Shown here: positions 48,576 through 58,397 of the stretch, piece by piece
Layout of the letters: each line of letters opens with the position of its first letter
Position numbering within the stretch: the first letter of the stretch is position 1
Assembly: GCA_963665295.1 (NCBI GenBank)
Contig: OY762209.1
Span: forward strand, 5,408,001-5,472,000
DNA from: Syntrophorhabdaceae bacterium
GTDB lineage: Bacteria > Desulfobacterota > Syntrophorhabdia > Syntrophorhabdales > Syntrophorhabdaceae
Length of the DNA stretch: 64,000 bases
Reading direction: 5' to 3'
The notes under the pieces: model-generated
The model's input: only the letters and a program-made list of their open reading frames with translations
Told to the model about the DNA's origin: nothing
The model's database searches: none
Made by a program: the position numbers and the translations under genes

Positions 48576-49630
48576 GCGGACTATCTGGCGCGGAAATAAA
48601 GGCCGCGCTGAAAAAAGCGGCTACATGGGGAACGGCGGTCGCCGCAGGAGCGGGTGACGGGATACTCATACTCCCGTCGAGCTTCAAAAAGGACGTGGGT
48701 GCCGAAGTTGACGACAGCATGGGTACCTATTTCGCAAAAGACGGGCTTTTGGGCGCAATTAAAGTGGAGGGCGATCTCCCGGCATATCTCAGGTATGACA
48801 GCCTGGACGTCTTGATCGCCCAGGTCATGGGCACGGCGGGCGCGCCGACACAGCAGGGGAGCACCACGGCCTATGCCTATACATATAAGCCTGCCACGAA
48901 CGTGGATGGCAAGTTCTCAACATTCGCGAAGCACATGAAGGCGTATATCGAGGAGCATAGCAGCCTCAAGGTGATAGGCTTCACCATCAAAGGCGAAGTG
49001 GGCAAGGCCTTGCAGATCACTTTCAAGACGATATCCATTAATAAAGTGGTCGACAGCACCACAAACACTACCACCACATTTAACAACGTCACTTTCACGG
49101 AAGTGGCGAACCGAGTGATGTATTCCCATGGGGTAATCCGGATGAACGCGGCCTCCGGTGCCGCCCTTGCCGCTGGGGACAAAATCTATCCGAGTTCCTT
49201 TGAATTTTCCTTTCAAAGAAAACTCAAGGGGGAGCACACGGGCCAGTATAGGTATACATCCGGGAGCAATAGCCAGGACCTCATAGACGAGCCGTGCAAT
49301 GACGGCGCTCCGGAGATTACCCTAAAACTGGAGTTCGCGAGACACACCAGCACCACGTATCTTGCCGTTCTGGGCGGGGATACAAGGCAGAAGCTCGACA
49401 TGACGTTCACGGGCGCGACCATAAGTGGCGCATACGCCCGGCAGTTCATGCTCCAGTTTCCGCACCTTCAGCTCATCAACGATGACCCCGCCGATGCGGA
49501 GGGGAACATCAAAGAACCCCTTGAGTTCCGGGTTTACGGAGCTGCGACAGCCCCCACGGGCATGACGGGGATCACCGATCCCTTTTGGGTCACCGGCATC
49601 AACCAGCGGTCTACGGACCCGCTGACATAG
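48572..49630 (+). CDS. Major tail (tube) protein, non-contractile type
   Basis: 352 aa, Thr/Gly-rich; precedes chaperones and tape measure; no sheath gene present. Confidence 0.75.
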   Translation: MSGLSGAEIKAALKKAATWGTAVAAGAGDGILILPSSFKKDVGAEVDDSMGTYFAKDGLLGAIKVEGDLPAYLRYDSLDVLIAQVMGTAGAPTQQGSTTAYAYTYKPATNVDGKFSTFAKHMKAYIEEHSSLKVIGFTIKGEVGKALQITFKTISINKVVDSTTNTTTTFNNVTFTEVANRVMYSHGVIRMNAASGAALAAGDKIYPSSFEFSFQRKLKGEHTGQYRYTSGSNSQDLIDEPCNDGAPEITLKLEFARHTSTTYLAVLGGDTRQKLDMTFTGATISGAYARQFMLQFPHLQLINDDPADAEGNIKEPLEFRVYGAATAPTGMTGITDPFWVTGINQRSTDPLT

Positions 49631-49644
49631 CGAGAGGAGGAAAC

Positions 49645-50025
49645 ATGGAATTATCAGGATTGAAAAACGACACTTTACAGGCGTGGGTGCCCTTTGATGA
49701 TGATACGGAGGTGCTCATCGCCTACGTGTCGCGGGAGGATTTGAGGGAGCTGAGAAAGCAGGCAACATCCTTGAAGTTTCTCAAGCATCAGAAATCCGAG
49801 GAAACGGATGCGAAAGAGGCGGACAGGCTGTTGGGAAGAAAGGGCGTGAAGAACTGGCGCGCCCTGCCGGGCAGGCCGGGTTTTACCATGGGAGGTGAAG
49901 TCTTCGGGTACTCGCCTGAAAATTGTGACTTCCTTATGGAGAGGTTCAACGAGTTTGCAAATTTCGTGAATGAGGCGGCCATCGACTTCTCGAAGTTCGT
50001 GGAAGAGGCGAAAGAGCAGGACTGA
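49645..50025 (+). CDS. Tail assembly chaperone (gpG-like)
   Basis: GAGGAGG RBS; position before tape measure. Confidence 0.7.
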   Translation: MELSGLKNDTLQAWVPFDDDTEVLIAYVSREDLRELRKQATSLKFLKHQKSEETDAKEADRLLGRKGVKNWRALPGRPGFTMGGEVFGYSPENCDFLMERFNEFANFVNEAAIDFSKFVEEAKEQD

Positions 50026-50336
50026 ATAACCTCCTCGCGCACATCAGGTCCAGGCTCGACTTCCCTGGCGTGTCATGTGAGGAGTGCGAGGCGGCGCGGC
50101 GGATAGATGGAGATATACCCGCCTGTGAAACGGAAAAGGGTTGCATCATTCCTCCCTTGGGAGAGACCGGGGCGCGGATCATGGCGATCCGGGAGAAGCT
50201 TGTGACGCTCAAGAACCTCGTTGATCCGGGAACGATCCTCGTGGCTTATGGGGTAACGAGGGACGATTTGGAAATGTTGGCCAAAGTGGAACAGGTAATG
50301 AACGCACTCAAACCAAAAGGCACGGGAAATGTCTGA
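50022..50336 (+). CDS. Second tail chaperone ORF (gpT-like), -1 frame; start uncertain
   Basis: Frame open from 49974; reads LNNLLAHIRSRLDFPGVSCEEC from 50022. Confidence 0.55.
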   Translation: MNNLLAHIRSRLDFPGVSCEECEAARRIDGDIPACETEKGCIIPPLGETGARIMAIREKLVTLKNLVDPGTILVAYGVTRDDLEMLAKVEQVMNALKPKGTGNV

Positions 50337-53300
50337 GATAAGAATCGCGGTGGTAGTAGACGACAATACCCGCCCGGGACTTAGCGCAGTCGAAAGCGGC
50401 GCTAAGTCCGCGTTCGCCTCCCTGGAAAGCTCAAGCAAGCAGGCGTCCATGCAGGTGTCGAGCGCCTTTGACGGTATGGCTTCCAGGTCCGTCGCGGCAG
50501 CGGAAGGGCAACGGGCGGCGCACCAGAGCGCCGCAGGCGCGTTAAAAGAGAATTGGCTTGCGGTCACTGCGGCTATCGCGGCGGCAGTGGCAACAGTTAT
50601 CGGCATTATCAAAAGCCTCATCGACCAGGCGGCTCTTGCTGCGAGAGTGGAAACTCTCGCCGTGGTGGTAAACGTGGTGGGTCGGAATGCGGGCTATAGC
50701 GCGGTACAGATCAAAGGCTACGTGGATCAGGTCAAGGCCATGGGCATTACTACCCAAGCCTCTTTGACCTCGGTGACCAGAATGGCCCAGGCACACATCG
50801 ACCTTGGAAAAGCATCTGCCCTGGCGAGGATCGCCCAGGACGCGGCGGTCATCGGCAATATCAACAGCTCCCAGGCGCTGGAGACGCTGGTTCACGGCAT
50901 CCAGGCGGGAGAAGTCGAGGTGCTCAGAACCATAGGTATTAATGTGAATTTTGAGCAGTCCTATCAAAAGCTCGCTCAGACGCTCGGAAAGTCGACCGAC
51001 GCCCTAAGCGAGAACGAAAAAATGACCGCCCGAACGAACGCCGTGCTTGCCCAAGGGAAGAACATTTCCGGAGCCTATGCCGCCTCCATGGACACGGTGG
51101 GCAAACAGGCGCTCAGCCTGTCCCGTTATTCGGAAGAGGCTCAACTCAAGCTGGGCGAGTTGTTCAAACCCGCATATGCGGCCCTTATAAATATGGCCAC
51201 CAATGCACTCCAGGGCATGAACGATAAATTGAGCGAATTGAACCGGGAGGGGAGTCTCGCAAAGTGGGGCGAGGCGGGAGCTTCGGCCCTGCTGTTTATA
51301 GGCAATAACGCGGTGCCCATCGCGCTTGGCGGGTTGACGATGATGGTGGCCACTGTAGCGAAGCTCGTCGGCCAGTTCGAGATTCTCAATGCGGTTTCAA
51401 AGGCAAATCTCGCGATCATGGCCCTCACTGCCGCCGCTGTTGTGGGTAACGAGATCGGACAATATCTCGCGTCAAAGAAACCGGAGAATCAGGCTCTTGA
51501 CGCGGCTAATTCATGGGTGGACGAAAACAGAACATTCGTGAAGGACCGATGGAACAAGATTCAAAAGGACTTGGACGCCTCAAATATTAAAGGCATCCAA
51601 TCTGCGCAGGCCCTCGCCAAGGCAATTGAATCAAAGGAGATTGCCCGGTATACCGACGCATCCGGACAGACCCGATATAAAGACCTCCGAGTCGAACTGC
51701 AAATGACGAAGGAGATGATCGACAAGACCACCAAGGGATTCGCCGAGATGGGGTCCATGGTCGACAAGGTGGGTGGCATGAATCTCAAGTTCGCGGGTAA
51801 CGATCTTTCCGAGCAGATCAAGGCGGACGTGCTTGATATGCGGGCGCTTACCTTAGAATATCAGTCCTTATCGGACACCGTGAAGGTGGGATTCGACATC
51901 GACAAACAGGTTGCCCAGATCGACCGGATAGCGACGGCATATAGCTCCTATGGGCTAGTCATTGACGACGTAAGCAGTAACCAGATTCAATGGCAAAAAG
52001 CCATTCTGGAAGAGATGAAATTGTACGAAACGAAACAATCAGCGATAGGAAAACAGACGGTCGCTGTTACGGAAGCTGAAATAAAGGGCCTTGAAGGCAA
52101 ACTCGGAAATTACCGGGCCTACTATGAGGATTTGAAGAAGCTCCAGAAAACATTCTATGACGGGATGGCGAAATCCATCCAGGACATTACTAAACTCGAC
52201 AAAGATATGCTCGCGTCCCGGAAAACGACCGCCGCCCTTCTTCTCGATGTGCAGAACAAGGGCAATCCGGCCACAAACGAAGTTGAAGAGTATAACCGCA
52301 AGGCCTCGCAGCTCGACGCACAGTATACGGAAGCTATGTCTATGTCTGGAGAGGAGAGGATCAAGGCCCTCCAGGATTATCAGCGGGCATGGGCGGAAAT
52401 GGTCAAGGAGGTCAAATACACGGACGTTTCCCGGCAGCTCGTGTCTTCCGGGAGCGGTTTTAACATGTCGAGCGATTTTCAGGACGTGGCAGTCACAAAG
52501 ACATACCGAAGTCTCGCGGAGTCGGCGAACGAAGCGGCGATCCGCATCTCTCAGGCGGGGGCGCTGATCGACGAGACACAACAAAAAATGCGCGCCGACG
52601 CGGAGGCGAACCTAACCAAGCAGAAAGAGGCCTATGACACAGTCACCGAGAGCATCAAAACCATGGAAGCGGGCATAAAGGCCGTCGAGTCGGAGTTGCG
52701 TATCCTCGATGCGCAGCTCGAAAAACAGCGCACACTTACCATAGATGTATCCGGAGCCTTGGCGAACCTTAAGGCCCTGGTAGACCTGCAAAACCAGATC
52801 GGGAGCGGCATCGGGCAGAGTGCGGCCGTACCTCAGACGTCAGGCACAAGCTCGTACTCGATCACCTATGATAATGAGCCCCTTGCATCGTATGCAAGCG
52901 GCACACCCTATGCCCCTCAAACGGGCATCTACCAGCTTCACCAGGGAGAGGCCGTCAAGACTGCGGAAGAGAACCGGTCCTCCCGGTCTTCGTCGTCCCC
53001 CGGGCAGGTCGACAATTTGCTTGGTGCGCTCGCAAGCCTTGCCGAGGCAAGAAATGCAATTCAAGTCATATACGGCATGTCCGGACAGGGTATGGCGACC
53101 TCTCCGGTTACGTCAGGACAAAGCACGAGCAACTACCCGTATGACATAGGCTCCAATTATGCGCCCGTACTCGATTCCTATGCCTCCGGAACCGATTACG
53201 TTCCGCAAACGGGCCTGTATGAGCTGCACATTGGAGAGCGAGTGGTAAAGGCAAGTGATAATGCCCGGACAGACTCAGGGAGACCGGATAACCCGATCCC

Positions 53301-53433
53301 GGCCGGCCCGTCCATTACCTTCTCTGCGGGTGCCATTGTCATCAATGGTGCCGATAAATCTCCCGAGGAGCTTGCCCGCCTCATCGTAAAGCCCCTCGAC
53401 AGGGAACTCAAAAGACTGGGGTATAGATCATGA
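50329..53433 (+). CDS. Tail tape measure protein
   Basis: 1034 aa, Ala-rich helical, central hydrophobic segments, C-terminal YASGT..LH.GE motifs. Confidence 0.9.
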   Translation: MSEIRIAVVVDDNTRPGLSAVESGAKSAFASLESSSKQASMQVSSAFDGMASRSVAAAEGQRAAHQSAAGALKENWLAVTAAIAAAVATVIGIIKSLIDQAALAARVETLAVVVNVVGRNAGYSAVQIKGYVDQVKAMGITTQASLTSVTRMAQAHIDLGKASALARIAQDAAVIGNINSSQALETLVHGIQAGEVEVLRTIGINVNFEQSYQKLAQTLGKSTDALSENEKMTARTNAVLAQGKNISGAYAASMDTVGKQALSLSRYSEEAQLKLGELFKPAYAALINMATNALQGMNDKLSELNREGSLAKWGEAGASALLFIGNNAVPIALGGLTMMVATVAKLVGQFEILNAVSKANLAIMALTAAAVVGNEIGQYLASKKPENQALDAANSWVDENRTFVKDRWNKIQKDLDASNIKGIQSAQALAKAIESKEIARYTDASGQTRYKDLRVELQMTKEMIDKTTKGFAEMGSMVDKVGGMNLKFAGNDLSEQIKADVLDMRALTLEYQSLSDTVKVGFDIDKQVAQIDRIATAYSSYGLVIDDVSSNQIQWQKAILEEMKLYETKQSAIGKQTVAVTEAEIKGLEGKLGNYRAYYEDLKKLQKTFYDGMAKSIQDITKLDKDMLASRKTTAALLLDVQNKGNPATNEVEEYNRKASQLDAQYTEAMSMSGEERIKALQDYQRAWAEMVKEVKYTDVSRQLVSSGSGFNMSSDFQDVAVTKTYRSLAESANEAAIRISQAGALIDETQQKMRADAEANLTKQKEAYDTVTESIKTMEAGIKAVESELRILDAQLEKQRTLTIDVSGALANLKALVDLQNQIGSGIGQSAAVPQTSGTSSYSITYDNEPLASYASGTPYAPQTGIYQLHQGEAVKTAEENRSSRSSSSPGQVDNLLGALASLAEARNAIQVIYGMSGQGMATSPVTSGQSTSNYPYDIGSNYAPVLDSYASGTDYVPQTGLYELHIGERVVKASDNARTDSGRPDNPIPAGPSITFSAGAIVINGADKSPEELARLIVKPLDRELKRLGYRS

Positions 53434-55604
53434 AGACCTTTCCTGCAAATTTCACCACGGAGAAGAGCAAGAAGACGGGCGCGGCCCCCGTATGGTTACT
53501 CAAGTGCCCCTTCGCGACCGGGACCCTTTACTTAAGCGACGTGGTCTTTTCCGTCGCCTCCTGGAACGGGGGGATCGCCACGAAGTCATGGGTAAAGGAG
53601 TGGGGCGCGATCGATGAAGACATATCCGGGGATTTGAGCCTTACCAAGGTCTCGGATTTCTCGCTTCAGGTGATTATCGATCCGGGCGCGTCTCCCGACA
53701 TCGAGACGATTATCAACGATCCTTTGAACGCCATAGAGACCACGGATATCGAACTCTATCTATGGTTCAGGGGCCTCGATCCTTCGACGGACCCGCCCCA
53801 ACTCATGTGGGTAGGGAACATCACGGAGTACACGAAGCTCGACGAACTGGTTTATCAGCTCGATCTTGTGGATCAGTCGGTAAAGCTCAACAAGTATGTG
53901 GGCACCCTTCTCAACCAGGACCTTTTCCCGAGGATGGACCCCGCCGATGTGGGCAAAATGGCCAACATTATGATGGGCTCGGTAAAAGGGGTTCCCTGTC
54001 ATGCCATTATTGCGGGGGGCGTGAGCACCCTCACTCAGGCCATGACAGCCACCGCTACCGGTTCACGGACCGTAGCGGACGGATCGCGGTTTCCCGACAC
54101 GGGCACCTTCTGGGTAAAGATCGGGGACGAGATCATAAAGTGTACCGGCGCGAGTCCCACGTACATCTATGTCGCGGCCAGGGGCGAATACGATACCACG
54201 CCCGCCGCCCACGCGGTAGACGAAGCGGTGGTCGAGTATGCCGCGTCCGGTTTCACCTACCTCGTGGCCGATCATCAGGTGGTGGAGATCGAGAACGTCT
54301 ATGTGGACGGGGAACTGGTGACAGACGGCGTAACCAAATACCCCGGGGGGCACGGCGCGTGGACCACGAAGGCGCAGGTGCTTTTGATACACGGCCCCTA
54401 TGACCCGAGTCCGGAGTTTCTGAACCCTGCAAGTACAGCAGGCAATGCAAAGGACCTCTCCAATTCCATCGACGGAGACGAATCCACTAGAACGGAGTTT
54501 GGCTCTAGCGCCGTTGCTCTCCAGGTCAATTTTTCTGCGTCCCCGAGAAAGGATGCGGTGATTAAACAGGAAGTGGAAGTGGTCCTTGAGGTGCCGAATA
54601 ACCGGACCCTTAACGTAACAACGGGCTGGGCACCATCGAGCGTGACGAACACAGGCGGTATAAAACGGGTGACCTTTACAAAGACAGGCGGCGCGAGGAC
54701 GGATACTATCACATTTACGGGAACGGTGCAGCCCCCTACTGCGTATGTCTATGAGGTAAAACCCAAAAAGGTCTACGCCTACAAAATCAACGCCGGGGCT
54801 GAGACGGCCGCGAAAATCAACGTAGGGAGCGTCGTCACGGTGGATGTGCTTGCCACCGGCAACGCCTATCATTACCCCGATATAATCATCAAAAACTTCC
54901 TCGTCACTTACGCGGGATGGTCGACTGACAACTTTATCACAGATGCGGCCACTGTTTTCACCGAGTCGCCCATATACCACTTCTCGGTGCTCCTCAACGA
55001 GTATAAGACCCTCAAGGAGTGGCTCTCGAAAATGGCCTTTCAATGCAGGTGCTATTTCCGTTTCGCCCACGGGAAAGCCTATCTCCTCTATCGTCCGGAC
55101 ACAATTACGAGCGACAAAACAATCACGGACGCCGTGGTGCGCATGGAGGATAATTTCAAGACCACGGTGAAAGTGGAGCGGTCCCGCCTCGATGAAGTGA
55201 TCAATAAGATCAACCTGAGATTTTGCAGGGACTGGGCAAGATCGGGCAATGCCGCCTATAAGTATCTCTGCCGGGGGGACGCGACCCACACGGGCGGATA
55301 CGATGCGGCAAGCGTGGCCCGCTACGGGGAAAAAGAGAGGGCGGACCTCTTTAATTTCGACTTTGTGATCCTATCCGCCATGGCCGTCGATCTCCAGGCC
55401 TTTTATCTCGCCCGCTACAAAGACAGAAAGCGGATCGCGACGATGGAGATATTCCTCGATAATTCAGAACTCGAATTCGCGGACGGTGTTACTTTCGCGC
55501 CCCTCGGGAATATGCTTGCCGAGGTCCAAAAGGTTAACATCACGCCCGGGAGCGGAAGAGACATGACAAACGACAAAATACAACTGGTAATAAAGGAGTA
55601 TTGA
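53430..55604 (+). CDS. Tail tip/hub protein
   Basis: 724 aa directly after tape measure; ASVARYG motif near C-terminus. Confidence 0.65.
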   Translation: MKTFPANFTTEKSKKTGAAPVWLLKCPFATGTLYLSDVVFSVASWNGGIATKSWVKEWGAIDEDISGDLSLTKVSDFSLQVIIDPGASPDIETIINDPLNAIETTDIELYLWFRGLDPSTDPPQLMWVGNITEYTKLDELVYQLDLVDQSVKLNKYVGTLLNQDLFPRMDPADVGKMANIMMGSVKGVPCHAIIAGGVSTLTQAMTATATGSRTVADGSRFPDTGTFWVKIGDEIIKCTGASPTYIYVAARGEYDTTPAAHAVDEAVVEYAASGFTYLVADHQVVEIENVYVDGELVTDGVTKYPGGHGAWTTKAQVLLIHGPYDPSPEFLNPASTAGNAKDLSNSIDGDESTRTEFGSSAVALQVNFSASPRKDAVIKQEVEVVLEVPNNRTLNVTTGWAPSSVTNTGGIKRVTFTKTGGARTDTITFTGTVQPPTAYVYEVKPKKVYAYKINAGAETAAKINVGSVVTVDVLATGNAYHYPDIIIKNFLVTYAGWSTDNFITDAATVFTESPIYHFSVLLNEYKTLKEWLSKMAFQCRCYFRFAHGKAYLLYRPDTITSDKTITDAVVRMEDNFKTTVKVERSRLDEVINKINLRFCRDWARSGNAAYKYLCRGDATHTGGYDAASVARYGEKERADLFNFDFVILSAMAVDLQAFYLARYKDRKRIATMEIFLDNSELEFADGVTFAPLGNMLAEVQKVNITPGSGRDMTNDKIQLVIKEY

Positions 55605-56038
55605 TGGCATTACCGGCAGATTCGGATTGGGGTGAAAGCGCCTGGGGAGGTTTCCTGTACGGAGCGGGGGGCCGTGGGATATTCGGTTACCCCTCCGACG
55701 ATCCCACGGTGACGGTTGCGGTAAGGGTGCTCAGGGCGTACCATGACCCCGTGAAAAAGAAGCAACCCGTGGATTACTCGAACGGGGGCGATCCCTATAT
55801 CTACGTCAAGGGATTGACTGAATATTCCTTCGGGGTGCCCCTCAAGCTTTCCAGGGCGGATAAGGCGGCGCTGAAAGCGTTCTACGATACCTCGGCAGAC
55901 GGCAAGGCCAACCAGGTCTATTACGCCGATCCGGAGGGGAACGAGCATATAGTGCGCATCATGAACGATGAATTTGACTTCCCGGAAGAGGCATATGACA
56001 AATTCACGGGAACTCTCAACCTACGCAAGGAGGGATAA
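55604..56038 (+). CDS. Distal-tail-like protein
   Basis: ~145 aa; LKAFY...GKANQVYYADPEG pattern; AAGGAG RBS. Confidence 0.55.
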   Translation: MALPADSDWGESAWGGFLYGAGGRGIFGYPSDDPTVTVAVRVLRAYHDPVKKKQPVDYSNGGDPYIYVKGLTEYSFGVPLKLSRADKAALKAFYDTSADGKANQVYYADPEGNEHIVRIMNDEFDFPEEAYDKFTGTLNLRKEG

Positions 56039-57805
56039 ATGGGATACGATGAAACAACAAATTTGAAGCTCAAGAAGCCCACGGTGGGCACGGTGAAGAC
56101 CGAGTGGCCGGGCTACATCAACGGGAACTTCGACACTTTGGACGCGGAAGTCCAGGCACGGCACAAAACGGGGGAGGTTTTTCCGGAGAACATAACTCCC
56201 GACGCCGATAACACCCGCTCCATAGGCTCGGCGATCAGGAGGTTTCTCGGCGGCTTCTTCAACGAGATTACCCTGGGCGGCGTGACGCGTTCGACTTGGC
56301 CGTCTCCCGGATCAGGATCACAGAGCATGGACGATACGTACAATAACGGGAGTCAGGTGGATGTGGACAACACGGACGAAGTGCGCCGCCTGGGGGCGGG
56401 CAAGAAGTTCAAGCTCGCAAACGCAGACGGGTCGATCACCTACATGGAAGCGGAGGGAGGGGTCGGGATTATGCTCACCCCTCACAATGACGTGACCCAT
56501 GCCAACGAGATCGCCGGTGCGCGATTCGGCGAGTGGAGTCAGGGAACCCTCGAAAACGTGGGGGCCGATCTGGCCTCGAACGGGGGATTCACGGCCGATA
56601 CAACGGGCTGGACCCCGGACCTTGCCACCCTTGCAAGCGTAGCCGGGGGGCAAAGCGGGAACTGCCTTGAAATGACCCGGTCAAGCTGGAGTATTCAGAC
56701 GGCAAGGGCAGCGCTGACAGGGCTCACCATAGGGAAGCTGTACCGGATGACCGTGTATGTCAAGAGCGGTACCTCCGGCAATGAACCGTTCAATATATCC
56801 GTCCTCGACGCATTGGGCGCAACACGATATGGCCTCACATCCGGAGTATCATCCGGGTCCTGGGTGTCATATTCAGTGATCATTACCGCCCCCGCGACAA
56901 GCGTCATGTTATCCCTGGAGAAGAACACCGCCACCGCCGGAACCATGCTGTTTGACTCCGTCACCTTCTACGAAGTGACGCCGGGCTGCGTGGGTGCGGA
57001 TTCAAAGGGGCCCGACGGGTGGACGAAGGACGCCGGAATAAGCCTATATAGGGAATCTATTGCGCCTGGAGGCAGCATCTATTCGCTCAAGGCCATAGGG
57101 GTGGCTGCGCTGGGATATATATATCAGCATATACCATCCTTTCAGGGATTTGCCGGCAGGACATGCGCCTACGGCATGTGGGTCACGACCTCGGCTGCAA
57201 ATAAAGCCCGTCTGGGGATATATGACGGAATCACATGGAGTTGGTCTCCCTACCACACGGGAAGCGGTGATCGTGAGTGGCTGGAATGTCCCCTGGCAGT
57301 ATCTGCCGCCAATACACAGCTCGTCGTGGCGATGACTCCCGGAACAGACAACACCGCCTGTTTCTCCCAGCCCATGTTGATCCTCGGCGCAGTGATCGGG
57401 GCAGGCAACTATGGCTCCCGCCCGGGAGAAACCATATGGCTCGACGCGCCGGTGGGGCTTTCGACCCTTCATAACAAGGCAGGCCTCAGCACCACGGCCG
57501 CCACCGCCATCAGCCTGGAACCGGACGCGGGCGGGTTGATCGGGAAGGGCGTGAAGGCGGTCTACTTGAGTATGGAGGCAAACGACAGCGCGAGCGCGGG
57601 AGGGGACTGTAGCGCCAACCTCGGTCCGGCAAGCGGCAATCAGCCCTTTTGTTGTTCACCCGCAGGACTCGCCGACAGCAGGGCGGCGCGGGCTCAAGGA
57701 TGGGTGCCCCTGGCTGCGGACGGAAGCCTGACCTATGCCCTCACCGCCACGGGCTCGGCCACCCTGGCCGTCACAAAGGCCGGGATTGTCGCAGTACAGT
57801 ATTAA
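56039..57805 (+). CDS. Tail fibre / receptor-binding protein with carbohydrate-binding-like domain(s)
   Basis: TTNLKLKKP...INGNFDTLD fibre N-terminus; NGGFTADTTGW...FDSVTFYEV CBM4/9-like module. Confidence 0.75.
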   Translation: MGYDETTNLKLKKPTVGTVKTEWPGYINGNFDTLDAEVQARHKTGEVFPENITPDADNTRSIGSAIRRFLGGFFNEITLGGVTRSTWPSPGSGSQSMDDTYNNGSQVDVDNTDEVRRLGAGKKFKLANADGSITYMEAEGGVGIMLTPHNDVTHANEIAGARFGEWSQGTLENVGADLASNGGFTADTTGWTPDLATLASVAGGQSGNCLEMTRSSWSIQTARAALTGLTIGKLYRMTVYVKSGTSGNEPFNISVLDALGATRYGLTSGVSSGSWVSYSVIITAPATSVMLSLEKNTATAGTMLFDSVTFYEVTPGCVGADSKGPDGWTKDAGISLYRESIAPGGSIYSLKAIGVAALGYIYQHIPSFQGFAGRTCAYGMWVTTSAANKARLGIYDGITWSWSPYHTGSGDREWLECPLAVSAANTQLVVAMTPGTDNTACFSQPMLILGAVIGAGNYGSRPGETIWLDAPVGLSTLHNKAGLSTTAATAISLEPDAGGLIGKGVKAVYLSMEANDSASAGGDCSANLGPASGNQPFCCSPAGLADSRAARAQGWVPLAADGSLTYALTATGSATLAVTKAGIVAVQY

Positions 57806-57816
57806 GAGGAGGATAC

Positions 57817-58215
57817 ATGGATATTACAATCACCCCGAATGGCTTGAGACCCATAGACGATGCAAATCAGGTCACCTATTTTACCCTCGCGGCGGGCGGC
57901 ACGGTCTATAAATGGCATGGGAACACCCCGAGGCTGGAGGGGCAGGCCCTTGCGGACTACCTCACGGCCCACGCCGGGGAATACCTGTGCGGCATCCACC
58001 GGAAGATGTACGTGGAGGCGGCGATCTTACCCCGTACCGGCGAGTCGGAAGCCGAGGCCTGGACCCGGTGGATTGCGGAAGGGTGCAGGAATACCCGGGA
58101 GATCGAGGTGATGGCGGACGGCGAGCGGACGAGCCGGCTCCTTGAAGAGGTGGTCCCGTTGAAACCCTGGAAGGACACCCACCCGATGAGCGAAAACCCG
58201 GTGACGTGGACGTAG
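57817..58215 (+). CDS. Phage hypothetical protein after the tail fibre
   Basis: GAGGAGG RBS. Confidence 0.65.
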   Translation: MDITITPNGLRPIDDANQVTYFTLAAGGTVYKWHGNTPRLEGQALADYLTAHAGEYLCGIHRKMYVEAAILPRTGESEAEAWTRWIAEGCRNTREIEVMADGERTSRLLEEVVPLKPWKDTHPMSENPVTWT

Positions 58216-58221
58216 GATAAA

Positions 58222-58302
58222 GCGGACAGCAGTTCAAGGGAGCTACGCTCCCTCAAAACCATGCGCTACCAACGCATGACGGGCAAGCCCGCTACCATCC
58301 GC
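58222..58302 (+). ncRNA. Structured leader (multi-hairpin) formerly upstream of a DNA adenine methylase
   Basis: Closing stem GCGGA/TCCGC with three hairpins; GCTAC repeated three times. Confidence 0.5.
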
Positions 58303-58311
58303 ACCCCGGCC

Positions 58312-58365
58312 GGGGCGGATAGAAAGAAAAAAGTCACCGAGCTACTGATCACGAATTTCAAGTAA
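58312..58365 (+). pseudogene. C-terminal remnant of a D12-class DNA adenine methyltransferase
   Basis: Reads GADRKKKVTELLITNFK*, like the ELLI.N[YF] terminus of Dam-family enzymes; usual terminal position in Mu-like phages. Confidence 0.65.
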
Positions 58366-58397
58366 AGCAGGTCTCAAAAAGGATACGATCCGGGGGA

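Noticed and set aside
36410..55289. Long minus-strand ORFs in the late region (36410..37255, 37203..38318, 54063..55289)
   Set aside because: Shadows of well-supported plus-strand phage genes.
56039..58365. Diversity-generating retroelement or invertible tail-fibre cassette
   Set aside because: No reverse transcriptase, no template/variable repeat pair and no invertase seen.
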